Origin: Lingula anatina
Lineage: Eukaryota > Animalia > Brachiopoda
Direction: 5' to 3'
Assembly: GCA_051362555.1 (NCBI GenBank)
Contig: CM120640.1
Location: 33,685,967-33,749,966 of the forward strand
Length of the DNA stretch: 64,000 nt
Shown: piece after piece, positions 49,680 to 62,996 of the stretch
How the letters are laid out: each line of letters begins with the position of its first letter
How positions within the stretch are numbered: position 1 is the first letter of the stretch
Program-made: the position numbers and the translations under genes
Notes under the pieces: generated by a model
Told to the model about the DNA's origin: nothing
The model's database searches: none
What the model saw: only the letters and a program-made list of their open reading frames with translations

Positions 49680-52600
49680 TGTACTTCTCATATGTTCTCA
49701 TGCTCCAACAGTTGCTTACATAATATTGGACATTAACATTTTTTTTAAATTAAAAGAAAATATTGTGGTAAACCTAGAGCATGTACCCTGAAGATGAAGA
49801 TCCCTACTGTAGTCAGTCAAATATTACTTCAAGAAAAAAAAATGCTTTTTTTAAGGGAATCATTAAAACAATAATTGAATTGAGCATCATACTGAAATAA
49901 TTTTTAATGTTATACGTGTGCACTGTTGAGGACAAAAAGGATAATCTATGTACATTACAAATTAGAAAGTTTGAGGAAAGAAAGCAATTTTAACATGTTC
50001 AAATCATTATACGAACAAGGTTCAAAGTGTCCTCACTATGTAAAAAATGGGAAGGCAGTGTCAAATACATGCAGCAATAAGGAATTAAGAGTTTTAATAT
50101 TAGACAACTTGAGCAGAGCACGAGTGGGATGAATTTTAAGAAACAAAGACAAACCCTTATTTCAACTATTTGCACATAATGTACCATATCTAATTGGGTG
50201 GTTTTTCCACAGAGCCCTTATGTGTTGAAAATAAGAGTTAAAAGGATCCTCAGTACGTTCATGCTGGCATTGCAGATGTCATAATAACCTGCATCTCTAT
50301 TCCTTTTCAATAAGTGGAGGAAATGTCTGGGGGTCTGTGTTATCGAAATATGTATTTAATAATACTGTATAACGAAGAAGCAGACCAAAATGATTGATGA
50401 TTACTTGAAGTAATGATTGAGGAAATGGAAAAAAAGATGACCACTGGGGTATGGTCACAGAAGTTAAAGTCCTGGGTCTAATTCATCCATCATTTTAATA
50501 TTATTTAAACCTTTTTCACCATATATTGTCATTTTGAGTTTTTTTAGCATATGTCCCCATTTTGAGAATATATTTTTCATTTTTCTAAGGTTATCTTTTT
50601 CGCATGTTCTTGGAAACTGCTTTGCAACCTCAGAAAAGTATGCTGCTGTTGTTTTTTTTTTAAGTCAACTGTGAATATAATCTTAATATTTTTCAGCATA
50701 CTTTCAAAGCAAAATCACTATGAACCTTATACAGTGTAAAAAAAGGTTTTGCTAAAAACCTAACTAAGGGGACCCCTCCCATTCTGCCTGAGGAAAAAGT
50801 CTTGAAAGCTCTTGAGCTGTCTAAACAATCGTGAAATATAAGAGATCATCACTTTGAACCCGCATATCTTCAAGGGGCACCAGCGAGGCACCCCCACACG
50901 CCTCTTTTTCTCCTGACCCTTTGCCTAGAAACACCCAATGTTTATGCAAACATGCAAAGCTGCTTGAATCCACAGAATCAGAGACTGAAACATGAGATGA
51001 AGGGGATGCCCTTTGTACACAGCATTGCTGAGGAGGAGCCCAATGTTTGGGTTAGCAGTATTCACTTCCGTGGCATTCCCCCCCAATTGGTTCAGCTCAC
51101 CAACCACAAGCCAATGCTCAATTATCCAATCATAATCAACTTTTCAAACGGGCGTTTTTCAAATGCGTCACCTTTGACACCGCGCAAACACCCGGAGATC
51201 ATTATGTATTCATAATTCTGTGTTTATCCAAAAATATTTTGACTAAATGGCAAGCAAACACAGTATTTTGTCACAGTTGAAGCATAAAGCCCTTCCTGTC
51301 AACTCGAGCAAACGGGCTGGTTTCAGTTTACCTTACCAATCTGACTGTGACACAGGTTGAGAAAGGCGTGTCTCACCACAAGAAGAACAGAAGTTATTTT
51401 ACCTCCAGAAATAATACATCTGTTTGCTCTTTCACACCAAATGCCAACTATTTGACGGATACAAAAAAAATCAAAACTCGCAAGCTAATATTTTCGCAGG
51501 TGTGATCTAACCTTTTTTCACAAAAGAGGTCTAAAAGCCATCACCTATTCTTCTAAACTGTTCAACAATCCAAATTCCTAATTCAATACAAAAAGGACAA
51601 GCCTACTGTGGACCACTGGATTCTTATGTCATCTCCTTTGAATGCGAACACATACAGGGTTAGCACATAAAACTATCGTTCAACACTGAGAATTTCATAA
51701 CTTGTTTTCTTTTATGACATAAGATACTTGCAAATATTGCCAAGTGTATAAAATAATAAATAAAATGAAATAAAAAAATTATTTAAAAAAGGATTTAGCA
51801 ATAGAAAAAGAAAATAAGAAAAATAAGTATATTTTGCTGACAAATGTCTTCTTTTCACTTTTGTATAACAAAATTTCACAGTTGAATGTTATTGGGATAA
51901 AAAAATAGAAGGTAATCAGTAAATACAGCTGTCTCCAGTTTTAGTAGATAACATTTTTCAAAAGTTCAAATTATCATTTGTCGAGGGAAAGGTTGTTGAT
52001 TTGAATTTTTCTAACAAAATTGCACCAGTTGCACACAGCCCAATATCTTCTTACAGCAATGAATAAGGATAATTTGTTCTCATAATCACCTTCATAAAAC
52101 AGTTTTATCACTATTTTATTGCTAAGAGCAAGACTGTGTTCTATGTACAACCCCTACTGGCCTCCGCCTTGCCGCCAGCAGCAAAGCATGAGCGTCAACC
52201 TCAATTCCAACTGCGGCAAATTTGGAATTTGGCAATCATGTTCCAGTTATTCAGTCTGTCAATTAGCGATGTCCCCAACACGACTGTAATTCAATTACAG
52301 GGGGGAGGTTGTGGATAAAATTGTCACTGAGCCCTATTAAATAATTTGACAGAGAAGGTAGACCATTTTTCATCACCAAATTAGCATAGCTAGGGCCCCA
52401 GAGTCAGTAGCGATTTAAAGCAATTTAACCAGACCCTTTTCCAAATTTGTTAAAAAGGACTTTTGAAAAGAAGGTATTTCAATAGTGGCTTTACTTCCTA
52501 TGCAGCAGGGGAACAAAGGAATATCTAAACAGCTTTACCTGAAAAACTAGCTTAAATACAGTAATTCAGTATTTTTAAACATTTACCTATTTCCTACTGT

Positions 52601-55600
52601 GCCCTATTCACATTACTAATCTGTATTTATCAAACCTGCCCAGATCTTACTGTGGCTATTCCTAATTCTATTGACTTTGTTCTTGACATTTAAGAATAAA
52701 TACAGATGTCTGGAGAGCAGACTTTTCTTGACCAGTCTTCAGCTGACTCAAACAATTTTTAAGAAGGCAAAATTTTAAATTTTAAACAGGGTGGTGAGAA
52801 AAATAACACCATATTAAATTTTTTCAAAGGAACAAGCAGCTGCTCTGACTTGGTTCAAGAAGAACGGGAGAAATATTATGACTTACTTCATGATGGTTTT
52901 GAAAATATTAGCTATAAACAACTAAACAAAACTGAAAATGATATAAAGTTGATCTAATCTGAAAATAAACTATTTTACTAGATTATTTACTTATAATATC
53001 ATATATCACCTATTTGAATTTTTTTTATTTTCAAAGAAAGTTCTGAACATTGTGCTTTGTATTGAGTTAAGATCACATTTAGAAATCCATTCTACAACTA
53101 AGTTTAAGGCAGTTAGCTTAATTTCTGGAATCTCAGTTATTTCACTGAAATTCATTATCTACAAGCGGACTAACCTATAAATTTTTACATTATTTTCGAG
53201 TTTAAAATATATGTTTTACAGTAAGAACTAGCAGGCTGATTACACTTATACGAAAACCATGTTAAAGCTATACAATGCCATTGGCAGTCATCTTATTTCA
53301 TAGCCATGGTGTATATTATTACAGGACCTCCATTTTTTGTGCTTGTGTATTGTAAACAGATAAACATGCCATACCAGAGTGAACTGTTAAGATGTTCCAC
53401 AGAATTTACCAGTCACAACACACAAGGACCATGGCATATACTGGACTGGGGCAGTCCATCATGAAGGTGAAATCCCGAAACTCTGCCCACTCCCCCCCCC
53501 AGGGCCCCCCGACATACACACAATCCCACTCCGATTGTCACTTACAGTATTAATATCTACTGTTATACTGCCACTGCTGTCATAACAAAAGCTTCTTCAG
53601 TGACCATTTTTATTTGTCAAGACAATTCCGTTGATTTAATCTACTAAATGTACATCACAGGCCATAAAGTTCCACTAATTTATGTCATAGCCAAATTGGT
53701 AATATGTTCATACTTTTCTATTCCAACAGTTGCCAGCGAAAAAAAAAAAAAAGATAATACAATCGCATTGCCATGGAAACTAAAAGCTTTTCAAGCACCT
53801 CGGAGTAAATGAGTGTATGAAATTTATCAATAAAACAGCCTGCAGAATCCTATGGACTAGGAGCCCAATTCTATTGTAAACTGGAGCCATATGGCCAGCG
53901 AGATGTCAGGGGGCCTGTAAATAAACAAGACTTTTTATGTCTGGGGCCACACACACAAGTTTAGTAATGATCTTTAAAGTACGGATGGGCTTACTCCTGA
54001 AGCAAGGAAAATATTTGGGGTTCTGGGAGCAGCATTTGTGTCGCAAAGTGTCAGTTTCTTTGGACTTACAACCCTGCTGCTTAGTTTCAGACAGACTGGG
54101 TTTTTTTTTTCTTTTGGGGAGAAAAATCATGATTGGGTCTGTGTTTCCAGTTTGCTGGCAAAAAAAAAGTTCAATGTTATCCATGATGAGGTCTACAGGT
54201 GTACGTCTGTGTTCACCCAAGCCTACACATCCAAAGCATTTTGCTTTCATGGCTTTTCAGTGTCAGTTTGTGTTATGAAATCTGCTTACTTACATGTTCT
54301 TTATTTATAAAACAAGTTGTCCACTTCAAAATCTTCTTTTCGGTGGAAGGAGCGAATTTTTGTGTAAAGTCAGAGATAGTTTTGAAACTACAAATATCAT
54401 TGTGTACCATTAAAGAACATGAGAGTAAAACAATTTGATGTTCCTTTTTGGCTACAGTGGTAAAATTGAGATCATGTAACACAAGTTAAGCAGACTGTAC
54501 ACCTTGCAAGTTCAGCTGTAATATTTTACACCAACAGGGTATCCAATCACCTTTTTCAAAAGAAAGTTAATCGGTGACTCACTTTATTCAACTTAAATAA
54601 GTCATACTGGAAATGCAGTGGGGGTGGGGGGTGGGGTGCTAGTTATAACGAAAATATGAAATAAATATACCAAACTGAAAATGCACTGATGCAGAACTAA
54701 TTATAACAAAAACAATGTTTTTAATGACAAAATATATCTGGACAACTAATTTTTTAAAACTGAAAAAAAAAAAAAAAAACGTTGGCAGTGTTCAGAATGG
54801 ATGGAAAGTCTACAGTTGATGCTCTTTAGTGTAAAGTATTGAGAAAATGGAGGTAATCCTTACAAACAGTATTTTCCCCACAACCACCTACACTATTTTA
54901 CTCTTTTTAAGTAATACAGCATTGGATTCTAACATAATAATAATTAATAATTATTTAATTAAAAAAAAAGAATATCAATAAGTAAACATTAAAGGGAATA
55001 AAACTGACATATTTGATCACATTACTATAAATGATAATAATAAAAAATTATGAGATCATGAAAATGAAATTATGTTAGACAAGAACTCATTACATTGACT
55101 GATCTGTTTCACGTTTGACGATAAAAAGAGCAATTTTATAGAAGGGGAATCAGGGACATTATATTATCAGTCCAATGCCTATGTTCTTGTCACAAAAGAC
55201 CACTGGTGCTACATAAATTCTGTGTTTGACATTTTCAAAGACCTATCAGGATGCAAATTTTCAAAACTAAAAAAAAAAAAAAAAAGAAAAAAAAAAGAAA
55301 AAAGTTAATCACATAAATGACATCTGCTTTTAAATCAATCGAAAAGCAGCAGACACTGCCTCCACCCCTTTTCTGTTGACAGCAGTGGCAGGGACGTGTT
55401 TACCTGTGGAAATAGAATTAATTCCAGCCAAACTAATCTTACTGAAAGCTCATCAAATGAAAGGTGATGCATTTCCTCCTATTGTACAGCAGTGATCCCC
55501 ATGACATGACAAGGACTTCATTTGTTAGCACGTTTCCAGAATAATGTGCACACAAATAAAATACCCAGATGGTGGCTCCAGCTTACCAACAAGCAAACTG

Positions 55601-56052
55601 ATAAAAACCCTGGGTTTTCGTACGAATTGAGATGAAGAGGTCTTTTTTCTTTTCGGTCCTAATTTTTTAATATTCGGAAAAGCTTTCCGGTTAAATTGAA
55701 AACCCTTGTGTATGCACTTTGTGCCTTCTTGCAATTATTAATATATCGTCGCTGTCATCTGGGTCTATGTGGATATGATATACAGCTTCCATTACATCCA
55801 CCCGTCTTGAAGATTCCCAATATCTTTATAAGCTATTTATATATATATTGCCTCTACTGTACTAACTACTCACTGAAACGGAACTCGGCAATAAAACATC
55901 TACAAGCCTGTCAGCAACAATAATGTCTTCACAAATTAAGTCTCTCAAACCTTTTTGCATGTTCATTAACCTAATTATCAGCAGAGAAATATTTCAATAC
56001 TTATCAGTTCTGATGTAACCATAAATTTAGCACTAAATATCAAAATGTCACT

Positions 56053-56088
<36 letters not shown>

Positions 56089-57454
56089 AAAGTCCAGCAA
56101 ACTAGTTTTGTCAGAAGTACCAAGACAAAAGGGCACATCGATTTTTTTTCTCACACCAAATGGGTTCCTATCATCAATCTCCCATCACCTTTGCTACTGA
56201 CAGTATTTACAGATCAAAAGGCAGTTTTCAGTTGGCTGGAAAGATAAATTGCACAACATTGCCGAATGACAACTAACACCTTTGTTTGGCGCCGCTGGCA
56301 CCGTGGTCGTGGATTTTCAGCACAACCAATTTTGATGATGGAGTCTTCTTCTTTTATTATTGATAACAGCAAATTACTGCAGTTTCATCAAAGTGTTTTT
56401 ATCTGAAAATTTTGATTTTGTCAAAATACTGGAAAAGTATTTTATTCAGAACTTTTCTCTGGTGAAACAATTAAGGAAGCGATTTCTCCTGCCAAAATTT
56501 AAAAGCAAATGCCAGGACTCTATTCTGTAAAGGTATTTGGAATGATTTTTTCTAATAATGCCAATATTTTTAGGAATTACTGGCAAGTTGATGTAATTAA
56601 TATTTTAAAGCATTAAACATAAGGCATAAGCTACCTATAACTACAATCCAAACTTTTTTATATCACCACAAACGTAAAAACAATTCATGAAATTCTCTGC
56701 AAATCAACATTTATAAACTACTTATTATGAATTTGAACTACCAGATATTTCTTTAATTAATGTACTTCTTCAGAGTTAAAAACAATTTTAAAAGTTTCTC
56801 TTTTATTGCAATCTACAATTATGATTTAAAATGTGACTTATATGAATGTGGCACAGTTCTGGGTCTTAAAAAATTTTTACTTGCAAAGAGGGTTCTTAAA
56901 AAATAGGAAAGCTGTTCTTTTTTTTGAGTGGGACAAAACCTCCACATTTGTAATAGGGCATTTGTTTCACAAGATAATCTACATCACAAACAGATAAGTT
57001 TATACTACGTTTTTTCCTCATAAGGACACAAGCTTGGTATTCACACAACAATAGGCATCTGCTCATTACGGAGCATATCTGCCTCTCACGAACACACGGA
57101 AATTACTGGCACCAATGGAGTCAATTACACGCAACCCAGCATAATCCAAACCATAGATCCTAACTTAATTTTGGGACTGGAAGAAAAAAAGACTGGTACA
57201 GCACCACACCTTCTAAATTTGGAGGTTGAAAGACCCAATTTTTTCTCCAGCTTTAATCACAAAACAACTCCCTCCAGGGATGTTACTAGGTGGTGTAGGG
57301 TTAATGAGGCAGGGGTTAACGAGCAGGTTGACATTTTCTGGCACACTCTCTCTCCCCCCCCTCCTCCTCCCCCTTCACACAACTTACCTGGGTTCTTCAA
57401 CTTTTTGCTCGCAGAGGGCATCAGCTTGGCTTGTTGCGCTTCCAGAAGTTTCTC
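49534..57454 (-). CDS. SCAPER: SCAPER (S-phase cyclin A-associated protein in the ER), last two coding exons 57454-57388 and 49625-49534; upstream exons lie beyond the window
   Basis: Spliced peptide EKLLEAQQAKLMPSASKKLKNP-E-KDQADTRMSLQARFPSEEWTKAQEYFSSA* matches the recalled human C-terminal motif LANRFPQQAWEEARQFF. The phase-1 junction G|gtaagt ... tttcag|AG is compatible. The position convergent with Islet matches known Islet-Scaper synteny. Confidence 0.85.
49630..49677. repeat. (AAT)n abutting the acceptor of the SCAPER last exon
   Basis: Directly visible; reads (ATT)n on the transcribed strand. Confidence 0.95.
56054..56083. repeat. (AG)n microsatellite
   Basis: Directly visible. Confidence 0.95.
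57388..57454 (-). CDS. SCAPER: SCAPER penultimate coding exon
   Basis: Pyrimidine tract ctctctctgcag|GAG AAA ... CCA G|gtaagt. Confidence 0.75.
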
Positions 57455-58396
57455 CTGCAGAGAGAGAAAAATAAACTTGTAGATCAAATTTGTAGGAACA
57501 TCCCCACAACAAGGACAACCGCTGTGCAGGGCCAGAGTCTGTCTAGGCTGTACCGCGGAGGATCCCCCTGCTTGAGGTGGGATAACATTACCGCTGCCAC
57601 AGTCTGCCAGCAGATTTCCTTGTAGAACACAGGCAGCAATCAAAAACAACATGGTTTTAAATTATCTTCCAGACCAACTAACAAGGCCTTTTCTATTAGG
57701 GTTGTACAGAGTCCCCTTTCACCAGTAACGCCAAGGAAGAGTTTGTTTTACGCTGCACGGCTTATTTTAGTCGTTTGTTGATTTCTTTTTCTGCTTTCAT
57801 TTATTTCTTTTCATTTAGGAGGGCATTCCTGGTGGTGTCACTTCTGTCAATCATCAACACCTTTTTTTTTCAAATAAAAAAGAAATAAAAAAAAAGGGGG
57901 AAATGAATGGGGCAGAGCTTTTTTTTTCCAAAAGGATGTTAACAAGCTGTGAATTTTATTTCAAAGTGTGTTGACAGGATGAAAAAAAAACCCCCAAATA
58001 TCTCCATTAATTCTACACTAAATTGCTGTCCTTCTATTGCAACCTTAAACAACTTTTCCAATTCTTTATTTCTATTAATTGGACCTTACAACTAGATTCT
58101 TTTTTTTTTTCTCCTAAGGGAAAAAACCAGAAGTCAGACACTGAGGCTGCAAAGACACCATGTGTTTTGTCAAAACTGCATTTCTTCTAGGACAAATTAG
58201 TGATTCCTCTACTTTTTACAGAGCAACTTGGCCCACAGTCTGCCAAGTCAATTAATAGGTGACAAACTTAGTTTGAACACAATCAAAACAAGCTTCTGAG
58301 TCAGAAAACAAGGAACCACTGGCTCTCATCAAAATTACCTTGAGATATCCATCGGTGGATACATTTTGTACAGTTCAAAGAGGCAACTGACTAAGG

Positions 58397-59178
58397 AGAT
58401 TCCTGGTTATAATGACTGACCACAGTGACCACAAAACTGGTCACTTGACCATCAAAATATTTATACAAGAAAACATTTAGAAATGAAAGTAAGGTCAAGT
58501 AACAAATGTTTTTCCTGTACAACAGCAATTTACCGATTTTTTAAAACTTTGCGCTATTTTTTTTTTTCCTAAAGAAATCAAAATTACTCCAACTGTTCCA
58601 TCATTTCATTATCTCAAGTGGATCTCATTAAAAAACTGGTTTTAGAGTTTCAATTAAAATATCCTTCGTCTTCAATCTATTCACACGTGCAAACAAAAAA
58701 GTTGTTTTTTCATTTAGAGATAATGCATTTAAACAGACCAGCATTTTGTAGACAACTCAATAAAACTGTAGTGGGCATACTGGCTTTTTAAAGAGAAATG
58801 GATTAAAAATATGCAGGGCTTTTACATTAGACCTGATTTTTAATGTTTTCACTGATATCTGAGATATGTACATATCTGGAAAAAACCCATAATGAAGTGA
58901 AAATAGAAGTTGCACATATTTCCAAATCACATAGAATCTTACATTTTCTGAAAAAAGGAATATGAAAATAAAAGATGCTTGCTTAAACAATTCATAAAAT
59001 ATATCTAAGAAGATAAGTAAAAGACAAAATAATAACATTCAGTGAAAAATTGACAGTTAAGATCTGTAGTAAAACACCATTGCCACGAGGTATTATATCA
59101 CCAGAAAATGAATTACTTTGACCAGATTTAAGACACTGTGACTAATAATAATAATTTTTCTTTTTTTCATGTCTGAAG

Positions 59179-59262
<84 letters not shown>

Positions 59263-59437
59263 GATTCTTGCTTATAATGACTGACCATCAAAATATTTAT
59301 ACAAGAAAACATTTAAAAATAAAAGTAAGGTAAAGTAACAAATGTATTTCTTTAACAACAGCAATCGACGGATTATTATTTTTCTTTTTGCTATTTATAT
59401 CTACAGAAATCAAAATTACTCCAACTGTTCCATCATT
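58397..59437. repeat. Diverged direct duplication: copy 1 ~58397-58605, copy 2 ~59262-59437
   Basis: Shared blocks ttataatgactgacca, tcaaaatatttatacaagaaaacattta and agaaatcaaaattactccaactgttccatcatt. Confidence 0.9.
59182..59257. repeat. (CA)n microsatellite (a second tract lies at 59454-59498)
   Basis: Directly visible. Confidence 0.95.
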
Positions 59438-59465
59438 CTACCGTTCCATCATTCACACACACACA

Positions 59466-59498
<33 letters not shown>

Positions 59499-59682
59499 CT
59501 GGTATTTCTGTATTACATCCAATGCCTGATATGGAAGCACTACTTTCAGTTGAAGGATATGAGTGTGAGAACTCCTTGAATGCACCTGATAAAAGCCTGT
59601 ATCTCATGCCTTGCACACACATCACCAAAGATTTCATGCCATATATATCTATATTATATACATATATGTTAGAGGTCCTTCA

Positions 59683-59714
<32 letters not shown>

Positions 59715-60862
59715 AAATGTCTTATCAAAACAAGTGATCATTTTCTATACTTAGTTTTGCTCTTTAAGCACATAACATACACACATGCACGTGTGTATTC
59801 CAATGCATACTATACACATCATAAAAGTATTATAAATTAAGTTATATGAAACAATCAATAGTTTTGTAACTGCAATTTGCACTTTATATCTTTTGAGATG
59901 TCAAACCTTATTTCAGTGATAAAGATGAAAACTTGGCCAAATAGGAATTAACATGTCCTAACTGGAAAAAAAAATCCCGTAAAAGGAACATTTATCTTCA
60001 TCAGACAATTTATGTAATGAATCAACAAATAGTTTAAACATAATACAGTAGAGAAAAAAAAGCAATATTTTATTTCTGAATAACACCCACAAGGTTCAAT
60101 GTCCTGCAAATCATCATAGAGACAGCCATTCGAAAAAAAAAAAAATAGTCATGATTAATTTTCCTTATAACCGTTTTTCTCAACACACCAAGCAGAAATG
60201 ACATTTCGTGCTTTTGCTAAAAGAAAAAAAAAAAAAAATACAAAGCAAGAAAAAAAGGAATGATATGTGTCTCATGAATTGAACTTCAAGCTGAGTGCTC
60301 TTCAGCAGTAGTCCCAGCCCTTACAACTGATTCTATGCACACACGAGGCCGGAGCCTCTGCTGATACCGACTCAATCGGTTTACAGGAGTGCTCTGCGCG
60401 CTGTGACATTCAAGGAAATCGCCCTCGACTCTCAGGAGACATTCCTTGTAAACGCCTTACAATGCAGCCCTGTACTGCCAGTCGCTATGACATTTCAGCG
60501 GCTCAAATTAACGGGGTTGCCAGTTATAGATTCTTTGAACTTGTATACTCATGGAAGGATGCTGATATTTGCTTAACCTTCTATGAAAATACCTTTGCCA
60601 TTGTGGGTTGAAAATAATAAGCTATACAGTTACTGTTTTCTTTTCCTAAACAAGGGTATTACTAATATGCCCCCACATATTGTTGTGACCTGACCTTCAA
60701 TAGGAGGAATAAAAGACATCCAAGTGCAAACCTGGGATTTTCTTCAACAGACCTTTTCTCTTTAAAAATATCTAACAGCTTGGTAAGTGGTTCTAAATCA
60801 CATTTTTACCCGATTTTTACCAGACATTATTTTAGTCACTGAAATCTGCAATCACTGTTTAA

Positions 60863-60863
<1 letters not shown>

Positions 60864-60907
<44 letters not shown>
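60864..60907. repeat. Poly-A tract
   Basis: Directly visible. Confidence 0.95.
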
Positions 60908-60909
<2 letters not shown>

Positions 60910-62947
60910 GCCTAAAAACAAAGAAATAATGTAGTCCAAAAATCCACAATCATTAATCCAAAGATTAATTAGCAGTCCAATTTTACCTATTAATATAAAA
61001 TGCAAAGCAAAGCATCTTACCACAAGCATTAAGCTTTAAGATGCTCAAAAAATGTGAACACTTGACTTCAAAACATGCAGATATTATTATGTACAATAAA
61101 GTTGTAACAAATTTGAAATTTAAGCATCCTTCTTTTCCTTTCACTCATCCATTTATATATGCATTCATGGATCATTGCACACTAAATCATTAAATTTGGA
61201 TACTTCAGGAGTGACAGGATATTCTCTAAAACTGTGTACAGTAATGACAAATATAAACAACCAATAAACAAAGAAGGAAAAAATCTGGATCAATTGCTTT
61301 TTGCACTTTCACTTACAAAAAAAAGTATGTAAAGAAAGGGATAATAACAATAAAACTGAAGCATAAAAAGTTTCATTATTTAGGAAATAATAAACTGAGG
61401 CTGTCAGTCATTGAACATTAATGCAATTTTAGGAAGTTTGCCTGTAACCTGAAGAAAAAAATATCATTCTTAAACAAAATTACAAGTAGACTATGCTGTC
61501 TTTCCAATGCTCAAGAGCTGAAAAACATAAACTGCACAATACTTCTGATATTCAAGCATCAAAACACCACAACAAAAGAAACAAAAAAGGCACAAATTCA
61601 AACAGACATTTTTATAGCACCTGTCTCACTGAAAAAGCCACCGTAATTAGCACTATAACACCAACTGAAACAAAGACAACCACACTGGTGCAAACTGTCT
61701 CTCCAACTTTTATAATCATAGCACTACGGCTCCTGCACACTAATTACCACTTGAGAATGAGTTACGTAGAACTCCCACCAGCCTCTACTCTAAGTGTATT
61801 GACAATCCTGGGTTTATTTTTACAATGATGATTAAAAATAAAAGGATTGTCATCCCCGTAACTATACAGAAGTAATTATCTATAATCCCCATGAGTTTGT
61901 TTATATCCCACGTTATGACTTATAATCCAGACAAAAAAATTTAAAATTCTCGGCAACATCCATCGAATGTCCTTGGGAACAAAGGGATTATGAGAGAGTA
62001 CAATCAAGCAAGGCTAATTCCATTATTTCCAGAAGAAGTTTCAAATAATGAGTTGGGCAGGCACAACTTGCACACAATACGCTTTCTGAATACCCTGCCG
62101 CACACAATTTTAATCGAATGGAAACAGTGATGCAGAAGTCTGACGGAACAACCTGAGCCGCACCAACTGTGCCTTTTTTTCCCAATACTTACAGTATCAA
62201 TGGGTTATCTTCAAGATAGGGTTTCTAACCAATAGAAACTAATTAATTCTACAAGGTCAGGAGTTCCACCTCTCCTTTTCTAGCCGCTCCTGTTTCATGC
62301 TGTGCATTGTCTTTGTTATACTTGGTACGGCTCGTTGATTGTTTCTTGAGCAGATTATTGCGATGTGGCAGATACATTTCAAAGAAGTTTGTGACAAAGC
62401 CAGGTACAGAACCAACATTGTGTCATTTGCATGAATGAAACAATACTCCTTTGATAACAGAAATCCAATAACCTTGGTTATCCTTTTGATTTTACAGTAC
62501 TTTGTTCACAGGTTAACTGATAAGACAAAGCAATTTTGGCATGGTACGGACACACTTTGTTTTATAAAGAAAAATAATAAAAAAAAGATATAAGATCCTA
62601 CTGCTAATAATATAAAACTATTAATTAATTTTTTTTAAATCATAGAGTAAAAACTCATAAATAAGATCAGGAAAAGATTTATACAAGGAGTAACAGTTTC
62701 CTGTTACAATATGTGTTTTATTACTGCCCATTTCATTCCCTATATTAATCAAATTATCTCTCAATTAATTCCACGGCCCAAATTAATTCATTGTAAATAT
62801 TGTCTAAAATAATTGTTTCATGCCTGTCTTCAAATTAGGGACTTCCATTCATGCTGCACGTAAATCAATTATTCAAATACACAGTGTCCACATTCACATG
62901 AACAAATTCACATTTGAATACCAAGTTTTTCATCCAGTCTTTGCAAA

Positions 62948-62948
<1 letters not shown>

Positions 62949-62978
<30 letters not shown>

Positions 62979-62996
62979 GAGAGAGAAAGAGAGAGA
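62949..62996. repeat. (GA)n microsatellite
   Basis: Directly visible, imperfect. Confidence 0.9.

Noticed and set aside
57257-57652. 131-aa minus-strand ORF as a standalone gene
   Set aside because: Only 57454-57388 has splice signals and fits SCAPER; the rest is intronic read-through.
62186-62400. Possible additional SCAPER exon before a minus-strand GTAAGT
   Set aside because: The required phase-0 frame has a stop five codons upstream, and the expected LFP.LI...LEQE motif is absent.
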